A DNA stretch of 64,000 bases from an uncultured Alphaproteobacteria bacterium. GTDB taxonomy: Bacteria > Pseudomonadota > Alphaproteobacteria > Rhodospirillales > Rhodospirillaceae. Positions 47,106-55,653 of this stretch are shown here, one piece after another (the stretch's first letter is position 1; each line of letters begins with the position of its first letter). The notes under the pieces are model-generated. The model was not told where the DNA came from. It saw only the letters and a program-made list of their open reading frames with translations, and searched no databases. The DNA is taken from positions 20,660-84,659 of the forward strand of contig CACGTM010000003.1 of the NCBI GenBank assembly GCA_902575965.1, in the 5' to 3' direction. Position numbers and translations under genes: made by a program.

Positions 47106-47498
47106 ATGAAGAAACTCATTACCACACTTACACTTCTCCTGATGTTCTCATCACCTTCCTATGCGGAATGGGAGAGAGTGACTAAAAATACAGATGGAGA
47201 CACCTTCTATGTAGATTTTGACAGAATCAGGAAAGTGGATGGTTTCGTATATTATTGGGTGTTGCACGATTACTTGAAACCAGAGTCAAATGGAAACTTT
47301 TCTGGCAAAGGATATTATCAAGCGGACTGTAAGTTGTTTGGGTTCAAGATATTGAGTTTCTCGTTTCACACTCAACCAATGGGGAACGGAAAACCTCGTG
47401 CAAGTTTACCTTATAAATCGAAAGAATCGAAAAAATGGATAAACCCTCCTCCTAACTCTGGGAGTGAAACTCTCTTAAACGCAGTCTGTAATCGGTGA
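47106..47498 (+). CDS. Small secreted protein, surface-adhesin-E-like (paralog 1)
   Basis: The signal peptide is MKKLITTLTLLLMFSSPSYA. The mature part (EW.RV....G..FYVDFDRIRKVDGFVYYW...DC......NAVC) resembles the Adhesin_E family pattern, including a Cys pair. The family call is from memory. Confidence 0.5.
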   Translation: MKKLITTLTLLLMFSSPSYAEWERVTKNTDGDTFYVDFDRIRKVDGFVYYWVLHDYLKPESNGNFSGKGYYQADCKLFGFKILSFSFHTQPMGNGKPRASLPYKSKESKKWINPPPNSGSETLLNAVCNR

Positions 47499-47506
47499 AA
47501 GAAGTT

Positions 47507-47731
47507 ATGAAGAAACTGATTACCGCACTTACACTTCTAATAATGTTCTCCACACCTTCCTATGCGGAATGGAAGAGAGTGGGTAACACTACAAATGGAG
47601 ACTCATTCTATGTTGATTTTGACAGAATCAGAAAAGTTGATGGTTTTGTGTATTGGTGGCAGGTGACTGATTTCCTGAAACCAGATTACCGTGGGGACTT
47701 TTCATATAAAGCATATAGAAAAGGAGAGTAG
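47507..47731 (+). CDS. Truncated tandem paralog of the preceding secreted protein
   Basis: The signal peptide and first ~55 mature residues are near-identical to paralog 1 (MKKLITALTLLIMFSTPSYAEWKRVGNTTNGDSFYVDFDRIRKVDGFVYWW). It stops after 74 aa and lacks the Cys-containing C-terminal half. Confidence 0.45.
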   Translation: MKKLITALTLLIMFSTPSYAEWKRVGNTTNGDSFYVDFDRIRKVDGFVYWWQVTDFLKPDYRGDFSYKAYRKGE

Positions 47732-47733
47732 TC

Positions 47734-48261
47734 ATGTCAGATGACAAGAAGATGAGTCAAGAGGAACTTGAAAAACTATTTGGCAAAGGAACAATCCTTT
47801 TTAACCAGGCGCCATCAGATAAAAACCAGACGAATGAATCCAAATTTATAGAAGATCATGAGTCTATATTTAAAAAATTATTTGTTGATGATGCTTCAGA
47901 TGATATTGATTTTTCTAATTATTATAATTTCGGTAAAATTTATGTATTAAATCCCTCAGATGCAAGAGAAGTTGAGGTATATACCTCTCAAACAGATAAT
48001 ATGACTACTACTTGGGTGTCAGAAAAACACTTTTGTGTGTGTAGAGTGCCGTTTAAAAAAAATACGTATCTTTTATTTTGTATAGACTGGGATGATAATT
48101 TTGGGTGTTGGACTAGATATTCTTGTTGTGCTGTTGAGGGAGAGAGTTCTTATGAAAGTGCTGAAAAAGAACTTTTAAATAATTATTATGAAAAAAATAT
48201 AAAAAATTCTGGAGATGGACGAAGCAAATGGAGTAGGTTTTTAAAAAGTCTTAAGAAATAA
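47734..48261 (+). CDS. Hypothetical Cys-rich protein (175 aa), no recognised family
   Basis: It starts 2 nt after the upstream stop. It has an acidic N-terminal half and a Cys cluster (HFCVCRVPF...LFCIDWDDNFGCWTRYSCCAVEG). Confidence 0.5.
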   Translation: MSDDKKMSQEELEKLFGKGTILFNQAPSDKNQTNESKFIEDHESIFKKLFVDDASDDIDFSNYYNFGKIYVLNPSDAREVEVYTSQTDNMTTTWVSEKHFCVCRVPFKKNTYLLFCIDWDDNFGCWTRYSCCAVEGESSYESAEKELLNNYYEKNIKNSGDGRSKWSRFLKSLKK

Positions 48262-48320
48262 CCGAAAAAAATTGAACGGGTTTAAATTAAAAAAAATATA
48301 CTTTTTAGGATACTGCATTA

Positions 48321-49892
48321 ATGAAAAATAAAACAAAAAATAATGAAGATATGATTGGTGCTCTATGGAAATCAGCGAATAAACTTCGCGATCAAATGGA
48401 TGCTGCAGAATATAAGCATATAGTACTAGGTTTGATTTTTCTAAAATATATTTCGGACTCTTTTTTAGAACAAAAGGAAAAGATTAAAAAAATAGTTACC
48501 AACCCAGAATCAGATTATTTTATAAGTGAGAATATAACTGATATTAATGAAAAAGATTTAGAGGATCGAGACTATTATACTAAAGATAATATCTTTTGGG
48601 TTCCTGAATCCGCAAGATGGGAAACTATAAGAAATCAAGCAAAACAATCTGATATAGGTTCAATTATTGATCGTGCCTTGGGTGAATTAGAAGGTAAAAA
48701 CAGGTCTCTAAAAGGTAAGTTAGATAAACGTTTTGGTAGAACACAACTTCAGGAAGGAAGGTTGGGTGAACTTATTGATGTTATTTCAACTATTGGTTTT
48801 TCTGATAAGCAAAAGGCAGGTGATATATTAGGTGAAGTCTATGAATACTTCCTTGGTCAATTTGCAACTCAAGAAGGTAAGAAAGGAGGTCAGTTTTATA
48901 CACCTAGGCATATAGTTAAAATTCTTGTTGAGGTTATATCTCCTCTTAAAGGGAGAGTTTATGACCCTTGTTGCGGTTCGGGCGGAATGTTTGTGCAAAG
49001 TGAGTCGTTTGTTAACGCGCACGGTGGTCGAAGGGATGATATTTCCATCTATGGGCAGGAGAGCAATCCAACTACTTGGCGATTAGTTGCAATGAACTTG
49101 GCAATTAGAGGTATCGCTGCTGACTTGGGTAAAGAACCCGCAGACACCTTTGCCCGTGACCAGTTTCCGGATGTGAAGTTCGACTACATCATGGCAAATC
49201 CACCCTTCAACATCTCTGACTGGGGTGGCGAGAAATACGAGAGTGACCCCCGTTGGCAGTTCGGTAGACCCCCAGTAGGCAATGCGAACTACGCATGGTT
49301 GCAACACATGTTGTGGAAATTGCGCCCGGGCGGTCAGGCAGGGGTTGTTCTTGCAAACGGTTCGATGAGTTCCAATACCGGTGGTGAAGGACAGATACGT
49401 GAAGCAATGGTGCGAGGTGACGTGGTTGAGGTCATGGTCGCATTGCCCGGTCAGTTGTTCCTGAATACGCAGATTCCTGTGTGTCTCTGGTTCCTCACCA
49501 ACGACAAGACAATGAACGGACGAGACCGCAGAGGTGAAACTCTGTTCATTGATGCACGGCAGTTGGGAACCATGGATACCCGTGTTCTTAAGGTCTTCAC
49601 CGATGAGGACATCGCAAAGATTCAAGAGATTGTTCAGTCTTGGAAGACGGGTGAAGATTACGAGGACATTGCGGGGTTCTGTAAGTCAGCGTCTTTGGAA
49701 GAGATTGAGAAGAATGGGTTCATATTAACGCCCGGAAGATACTGCGGTTCTGCAGAATCGTCAGTGAACGAAGAGGAGTTCCTCTCCGTCTTTGAGGCAC
49801 TGACATCTCAACTTAAAAATCAAAGAGAAATCTCATCACAACTGGATAGTGAAATTGAACGCAACCTAAGCGCACTGAGAGGTTCATCGTGA
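48321..49892 (+). CDS. hsdM: Type I restriction-modification system, N6-adenine DNA methyltransferase subunit
   Basis: It has an HsdM N-terminal domain (LWKSANKLRD...YKHIVLGLIFLKYISD), motif I (VYDPCCGSGGMF) and motif IV (NPPFN). Confidence 0.95.
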   Translation: MKNKTKNNEDMIGALWKSANKLRDQMDAAEYKHIVLGLIFLKYISDSFLEQKEKIKKIVTNPESDYFISENITDINEKDLEDRDYYTKDNIFWVPESARWETIRNQAKQSDIGSIIDRALGELEGKNRSLKGKLDKRFGRTQLQEGRLGELIDVISTIGFSDKQKAGDILGEVYEYFLGQFATQEGKKGGQFYTPRHIVKILVEVISPLKGRVYDPCCGSGGMFVQSESFVNAHGGRRDDISIYGQESNPTTWRLVAMNLAIRGIAADLGKEPADTFARDQFPDVKFDYIMANPPFNISDWGGEKYESDPRWQFGRPPVGNANYAWLQHMLWKLRPGGQAGVVLANGSMSSNTGGEGQIREAMVRGDVVEVMVALPGQLFLNTQIPVCLWFLTNDKTMNGRDRRGETLFIDARQLGTMDTRVLKVFTDEDIAKIQEIVQSWKTGEDYEDIAGFCKSASLEEIEKNGFILTPGRYCGSAESSVNEEEFLSVFEALTSQLKNQREISSQLDSEIERNLSALRGSS

Positions 49893-49893
49893 A

Positions 49894-51174
49894 ATGACGC
49901 TGCAGTCGCTCAACGAACTAATAGAAAAAGTTATAGACAATCGTGGGAAAACTCCGCCCCTTTCAGAGGTGCCTACGGAATATCCGTTAATCGAGGTAAA
50001 TGCGGTTCGAGGATCATCGCCGATTCCAAACAGATCGGTGTTTTCTAAGTGGGTCAGCAAAGATACTTATGGCAGTTGGTTCCGGAGCGGTCACCCCCAA
50101 CCCGGAGATGTATTAACTAGCACTGTGGGTTCTATAGGTGAATTTGCACTGCATGATGGCGAAGGAGCAATAGCGCAAAACATAGTCGGTCTGCGCTTTG
50201 ATCCTGCGAAATGCCACCCCAAATATGCTTATTACCTCTTCACAAATCCCACTAATAGAGAGCGAGTCAAAAACTTAGACATCAGTTCTGTTCAACCCAG
50301 CGTCAAAGTACCTCATCTCTTGTCGCTAGAGTTTGATTTGCCGCTTATCTCCGACCAAAAAGCAATTGCTCACATCCTTGGCACCCTTGACGATAAGATC
50401 GAACTAAACAAAAAAATAAACCAAACCCTTGAAGACATCGCCAAGGCAATCTTCAAGTCATGGTTTGTGGACTTTGATCCCGTGCGAGCAAAGGCAGAGG
50501 GTCGCCCCACAGTTCTTCCCCCTGAAATCAGTGACCTGTTTCCTGAGGAGTTGGTGGATTCGGAGATTGGGGAGATTCCGAAGGGATGGAACGTTGGGGC
50601 ACTATCAGATGTCGCTGACATTACTATGGGACAGTCACCGCCCGGAGATACCTACAACGATAATGGCGTTGGACTACCCTTTTACCAAGGCAGCACTGAT
50701 TTTGGATTTAGATTTCCGTCACTGAGAAAATACTGCTCAGAACCCAAACGACTCGCAGATGCAGATGATGTGTTAATTAGTGTCAGGGCACCTGTAGGTG
50801 ATCTGAATCGTGCAAAAGACGATTGTTGTATCGGACGAGGGTTAGCGTCATTGCGAGCGAAAAATTCGCTGCAAACTTGGGTTTTTTACAGATGCAAATT
50901 TCTGTCTCAGCAATTGGAAACATTCAACTCTGAGGGCACAGTATTCGGTTCGATTAACGGAAAGGACTTGAAGGGTCTTCCAACTATTCTTCCGCCTGAG
51001 GTCTTGTGCAAGGCGTTCGATGAAATTGGTAAACCGATGGATGACGCTGTGAGAAACAGAACTTTGGAAATCGAAGTTTTAACTGAACTCAGAGACACAC
51101 TCCTGCCCAAACTCATCTCCGGTGAACTCCGCATCCCTGACGCAGAGAAGTTCCTTGAAGAGGCGGGTATCTGA
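49894..51174 (+). CDS. hsdS: Type I R-M specificity subunit, copy 1
   Basis: 426 aa with two target-recognition domains. These are separated by the conserved helical spacer (ILGTLDDKIELNKKINQTLEDIAKAIFKSWFVDFDPVR) and followed by the C-terminal conserved helix (LTELRDTLLPKLISGELRI). It starts 1 nt after the hsdM stop. Confidence 0.9.
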   Translation: MTLQSLNELIEKVIDNRGKTPPLSEVPTEYPLIEVNAVRGSSPIPNRSVFSKWVSKDTYGSWFRSGHPQPGDVLTSTVGSIGEFALHDGEGAIAQNIVGLRFDPAKCHPKYAYYLFTNPTNRERVKNLDISSVQPSVKVPHLLSLEFDLPLISDQKAIAHILGTLDDKIELNKKINQTLEDIAKAIFKSWFVDFDPVRAKAEGRPTVLPPEISDLFPEELVDSEIGEIPKGWNVGALSDVADITMGQSPPGDTYNDNGVGLPFYQGSTDFGFRFPSLRKYCSEPKRLADADDVLISVRAPVGDLNRAKDDCCIGRGLASLRAKNSLQTWVFYRCKFLSQQLETFNSEGTVFGSINGKDLKGLPTILPPEVLCKAFDEIGKPMDDAVRNRTLEIEVLTELRDTLLPKLISGELRIPDAEKFLEEAGI

Positions 51175-51182
51175 TGGCGTTG
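50536..51182 (+). repeat. 647-bp perfect direct repeat, copy 1 (TRD2 plus the hsdS 3' end plus 8 nt past the stop)
   Basis: My base-by-base visual comparison with 51822-52468 (offset 1286) found no mismatch. Confidence 0.85.
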
Positions 51183-52460
51183 GTAACCGAAGATAAATAC
51201 GTTCACAGTCTATCTGACGTAATTAACTTAATTGGAGGCGGCACTCCCAAACGTTCAATCAGTGAATATTGGAATGGCGATATACCATGGTTATCTGTTA
51301 AAGATTTTAACCATGGCGGCAGGTATGTTGAAGAATCTGATGAAACCATTACCCAACTGGGACTGAAGAAGAGTAGCACTAAATTATTAAAACCTGGAAT
51401 GCTAATAATTTCAGCGAGAGGCACAGTTGGTGAACTCGCACAACTTAAGACTGAAATGGCATTTAACCAATCCTGTTACGGCATAGATGCAAAGACGCAA
51501 TACCTTGATAATAACTATCTATATTATCTGCTCAAATTAAAGATAAGAGAATTAAAGTCGATCGCTCACGGGTCTGTTTTTGACACAATAACAAGAGACA
51601 CTTTTGAAAATATTGAAGTCGAGATTCCCAGCAAATATGACCAAGAAGCAATCGTCCACATCCTTGGCAGTCTAGACGATAAGATCGAACTCAACCAAAA
51701 GATGACCCAAACGCTTGAGGAGATCGCCAAGGCAATCTTTAAGTCATGGTTTGTGGATTTTGATCCCGTGCGTGCAAAGGCAGAGGGTCTTCCCACACGT
51801 CTTCCCCCTGAAATCAGTGATCTGTTTCCTGAGGAGTTGGTGGATTCGGAGATTGGGGAGATTCCGAAGGGATGGAACGTTGGGGCACTATCAGATGTCG
51901 CTGACATTACTATGGGACAGTCACCGCCCGGAGATACCTACAACGATAATGGCGTTGGACTACCCTTTTACCAAGGCAGCACTGATTTTGGATTTAGATT
52001 TCCGTCACTGAGAAAATACTGCTCAGAACCCAAACGACTCGCAGATGCAGATGATGTGTTAATTAGTGTCAGGGCACCTGTAGGTGATCTGAATCGTGCA
52101 AAAGACGATTGTTGTATCGGACGAGGGTTAGCGTCATTGCGAGCGAAAAATTCGCTGCAAACTTGGGTTTTTTACAGATGCAAATTTCTGTCTCAGCAAT
52201 TGGAAACATTCAACTCTGAGGGCACAGTATTCGGTTCGATTAACGGAAAGGACTTGAAGGGTCTTCCAACTATTCTTCCGCCTGAGGTCTTGTGCAAGGC
52301 GTTCGATGAAATTGGTAAACCGATGGATGACGCTGTGAGAAACAGAACTTTGGAAATCGAAGTTTTAACTGAACTCAGAGACACACTCCTGCCCAAACTC
52401 ATCTCCGGTGAACTCCGCATCCCTGACGCAGAGAAGTTCCTTGAAGAGGCGGGTATCTGA
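51174..52460 (+). CDS. hsdS: Type I R-M specificity subunit, copy 2 (different TRD1, identical TRD2)
   Basis: 428 aa. The N-terminal TRD is unrelated to copy 1. From LFPEELVDSEIGE to the C-terminus it is 100% identical to copy 1. It has TGATG start/stop overlaps on both sides. Confidence 0.9.
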   Translation: MALVTEDKYVHSLSDVINLIGGGTPKRSISEYWNGDIPWLSVKDFNHGGRYVEESDETITQLGLKKSSTKLLKPGMLIISARGTVGELAQLKTEMAFNQSCYGIDAKTQYLDNNYLYYLLKLKIRELKSIAHGSVFDTITRDTFENIEVEIPSKYDQEAIVHILGSLDDKIELNQKMTQTLEEIAKAIFKSWFVDFDPVRAKAEGLPTRLPPEISDLFPEELVDSEIGEIPKGWNVGALSDVADITMGQSPPGDTYNDNGVGLPFYQGSTDFGFRFPSLRKYCSEPKRLADADDVLISVRAPVGDLNRAKDDCCIGRGLASLRAKNSLQTWVFYRCKFLSQQLETFNSEGTVFGSINGKDLKGLPTILPPEVLCKAFDEIGKPMDDAVRNRTLEIEVLTELRDTLLPKLISGELRIPDAEKFLEEAGI

Positions 52461-52468
52461 TGGCGTTG
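51822..52468 (+). repeat. 647-bp perfect direct repeat, copy 2
   Basis: It is identical to 50536-51182. Near-identity continues for 12 more nt into hsdR with one mismatch. Confidence 0.85.
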
Positions 52469-55400
52469 ATAACCGAAGATCAAGTTGAACTGCAGAGTAT
52501 CGAATGGTTCAAAGACCTTGGTTACCAGTACGTTTGTGGGTATGACATTGCGGTTGATGGAGAGACACCAGAACGCACCGACTACCGCTCAGTAGTCCTT
52601 AAAGATCGACTGCTCTCTGCACTGACCCGGATCAATCCAGATATTCCTAAGTCAGCGATAGACACTGCTCTGTCTCAACTGATGAACCCCAACATCCCTG
52701 CCCTCATGTCGTGCAATCGACAGGTGCATTCGTGGTTAACCAAAGGAGTGAAGGTCACCTATCAGGAAGGTAACGAGACCGTTGGTAAGCAACTCAAGGT
52801 CATCGACTTCGATAATCCTGAGAACAACGACTGGTTGGTAGTGAATCAATTCACCATTCACGGTCAGAAACCCAGAAGACCAGACATTATAGTTTTTATA
52901 AATGGACTGCCTCTTGGAGTTATAGAACTTAAAAATCCTGCTGATGTAAATGCAGATATTTGGTCTGCTTTTAATCAACTTGAAACTTATAAAGAAGATA
53001 TTCCTGATTTGTTTAATTCAAATGGAGTCTTAGTAATATCTGATGGTGTACAGGCACGTATGGGTTCCATTACAGCATCACAAGAAAGGTTTATGAGGTG
53101 GAGAACGATCGATGGCGAAACTGTGGATCCTTTGGGTTCCTATCAAGATCTAGAAACTTTAATTAGAGGACTATTTAGTAAAGAAACATTTCTAAACTTT
53201 ATTAGATATTTTTGTATCTTTGAAAGTAAAGAAAACATCATTAAGAAGATTGCTGGGTATCATCAGTTTTACGCTGTTCAAAAAGCACATGAGAAAATAG
53301 TTGATGCATCAAAAATAGACGGAAGCAAAAAAGGTGGTGTGGTGTGGCACACCCAAGGTGCGGGAAAAAGTTTAGAAATGACCTGTCTTGCAGGTAGGAT
53401 AATCTCTGATCCCCGATTAAAAAACCCAACCATAGTTATGATAACGGACCGACAAGATTTAGATGGACAATTATTTGGGGTCTTTAATGATGCTGGTAAT
53501 TTATTGGGGGAAGAACCTAAACAAGCAGACACTATTAAAGACCTAAAAGACCTTCTTTTGAATAGACCTTCTGGTGGAATTATCTTTACTACCATTCAAA
53601 AATTTAAACCTGATAAAACTGAAGAAAAATTTCCCGTATTAACTGACCGTCATAACGTTATAGTAATGTGTGATGAGGCACACAGAACTCAATACGGATT
53701 CAAAGGTGTTATTGACCAAAAGACAGGTCAAATTAGGTATGGTTTGGCGCGTGCATTAAGAGATGGTCTTCCCAATGCAACCTTTATTGCTTTTACAGGG
53801 ACGCCAATTTCTCAGGATGACAGAGATACGCAAGCAGTCTTTGGTGAGTATGTCGATGTCTATGACATTCAACAAGCAGTTGAAGATGGCGCGACGGTTC
53901 CTATCTATTATGAGTCGCGACTTGCTAAGATAAAAATAGATGAATCCAAATTACCCGAGATTGACGAAGAAGTAGAAGAAATATTCGAAGATGGAATTGA
54001 AGATTATGAACAGCAAGAAAAAGCAAAAATTAAATGGTCACAAATTGAAGCATTGGTAGGGGCACAACCAAGATTAAAAGAAGTTGCAGAGGATATTATT
54101 GAACATTTTCACATACGGCAAAAGACACAACCAGGAAAGGCACTGATTGTTGGAATGAGTCGTGATATTTGTGCTCGTCTTTATGATGAATTGATCAAGA
54201 TAAAACCTCAATGGGGAAATGATGATCATAATTCAGGTGTAATTAAAGTAGTGATGACGGCATCTGCAAGTGACGAAAAATATTTACAGAAGCATAATAC
54301 GTCTAAACAGCAGAAAAAAGATTTAGAAAAAAGATTTAAAGATCCTTCTGATGAATTACAAATAGTAATCGTTCGAGATATGTGGTTAACAGGTTTTGAT
54401 GCGCCATGTTTATCGACAATGTATGTTGATAAACCAATGAAGGGAGCAAACCTGGCACAAGCAATTGCTAGGGTAAACAGGGTTTTCGCTGATAAACCTG
54501 GTGGTTTAATAGTCGATTACATCGGCATTGCACCCCAACTTAAAGATGCACTGGCAACGTATAGTGCAAGCAAAGGCAGAGGAAAACCAACTATTGATGC
54601 AGACGAGGCACTTAATTTGCTCAAAGAGAAATTAGATGTTGCAAGAGATTTGCTTTATCCTGTTAACTGGTCAGAATATCAAACAAAAGCACTTCAACTT
54701 TTGCCTGAGTGTATCGAACATATCTTAGAATTAGAAGATGGAAGAAAAAGATACTGTGATGTAGTTTTACAAATGACTAAAGCATTTGCTTTATGCGGCG
54801 CTATGGATGATGCTTTAGTTTTTGCAGAAGAAGTTGCATTTCATCAAGCGATTAGAGCGCCACTCATCAAGACAGCGAGAAAAGGTGGAAGAGGTCAGTT
54901 CAAAGACACCGATTTTGAACTTAAACAATTAGTTTCTGAGTCACTTGTGTCAAGTGGGGTCACAGACTTGTTTGAGGTTGCAGGAATAAAAACCCCGGAT
55001 ATTTCAATTCTTTCTGACGAATTTTTAGCAGAAGTACAAAAAATAAAATATAAAAATGTTGCGGTAGAGTTATTAAATAAATTGCTTAATGATGAAGTGA
55101 AGTCAAAGTTTCGAACAAATATGGTCAAGCAAAAAAAATTCAGTGATCGACTTAAGGTTTCTCTTTCTAAATATCAAAATAGATCTATTGAAGCAGCGCA
55201 GGTTATTGCCGAACTGATTGAAATGGCAAAAGACTTTAAGAATGATTTAGAAAAGTCAAAAGAACTCAATTTAAGTCCGGACGAAAATGCTTTTTATGAT
55301 GCACTTTGTAATAATAAGTCTGCGGAAGAACTTATGGGTGAGGATGTTCTTATACAAATTGCTAGAGAGATTTCTGAGAAATTAAGACAAAATGTGACTG

Positions 55401-55561
55401 TTGATTGGTCTCAAAGAGAGTCTGTCCGTGCAAGACTGAGGTTATTGGTGAAAAATCTCCTTAGAAGATATAAATACCCACCCGATGACCAAGATGAGGC
55501 AACTAAGTTAATTTTATCTCAGGCAGAAGTAATTTCAGAAAACATGCTGTCCAATAATTAA
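52460..55561 (+). CDS. hsdR: Type I restriction enzyme, endonuclease/translocase subunit
   Basis: 1033 aa. It has an N-terminal PD-(D/E)xK-like region (RPDIIVFINGLPLGVIELK), helicase motif I (HTQGAGKS), a DEAH box (MCDEAHRTQ), FTGTP and a later QAIARVNR. Confidence 0.95.
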   Translation: MALITEDQVELQSIEWFKDLGYQYVCGYDIAVDGETPERTDYRSVVLKDRLLSALTRINPDIPKSAIDTALSQLMNPNIPALMSCNRQVHSWLTKGVKVTYQEGNETVGKQLKVIDFDNPENNDWLVVNQFTIHGQKPRRPDIIVFINGLPLGVIELKNPADVNADIWSAFNQLETYKEDIPDLFNSNGVLVISDGVQARMGSITASQERFMRWRTIDGETVDPLGSYQDLETLIRGLFSKETFLNFIRYFCIFESKENIIKKIAGYHQFYAVQKAHEKIVDASKIDGSKKGGVVWHTQGAGKSLEMTCLAGRIISDPRLKNPTIVMITDRQDLDGQLFGVFNDAGNLLGEEPKQADTIKDLKDLLLNRPSGGIIFTTIQKFKPDKTEEKFPVLTDRHNVIVMCDEAHRTQYGFKGVIDQKTGQIRYGLARALRDGLPNATFIAFTGTPISQDDRDTQAVFGEYVDVYDIQQAVEDGATVPIYYESRLAKIKIDESKLPEIDEEVEEIFEDGIEDYEQQEKAKIKWSQIEALVGAQPRLKEVAEDIIEHFHIRQKTQPGKALIVGMSRDICARLYDELIKIKPQWGNDDHNSGVIKVVMTASASDEKYLQKHNTSKQQKKDLEKRFKDPSDELQIVIVRDMWLTGFDAPCLSTMYVDKPMKGANLAQAIARVNRVFADKPGGLIVDYIGIAPQLKDALATYSASKGRGKPTIDADEALNLLKEKLDVARDLLYPVNWSEYQTKALQLLPECIEHILELEDGRKRYCDVVLQMTKAFALCGAMDDALVFAEEVAFHQAIRAPLIKTARKGGRGQFKDTDFELKQLVSESLVSSGVTDLFEVAGIKTPDISILSDEFLAEVQKIKYKNVAVELLNKLLNDEVKSKFRTNMVKQKKFSDRLKVSLSKYQNRSIEAAQVIAELIEMAKDFKNDLEKSKELNLSPDENAFYDALCNNKSAEELMGEDVLIQIAREISEKLRQNVTVDWSQRESVRARLRLLVKNLLRRYKYPPDDQDEATKLILSQAEVISENMLSNN

Positions 55562-55653
55562 AAAGTTTTTAGAATATTGAAAAAGGACAGACAAATATGA
55601 TTAAGTAATAACTTGAATGTGTTTAAATAAAAAATTTCTACAAGGTTAGTAAC

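Noticed and set aside
49083-49625. A 180-aa antisense ORF inside hsdM, plus similar antisense or alternate-frame ORFs at 49207-49407, 50370-50621, 50429-50725, 50907-51206, 51566-51907, 51715-52011 and 52193-52483.
   Set aside because: They lie entirely within the GC-rich core of the hsd operon, where stop codons are rare in all frames. Their translations are low-complexity (Arg/Ser/Pro-rich). The duplicated ones simply mirror the hsdS repeat, and the sense-strand genes have unambiguous family motifs.
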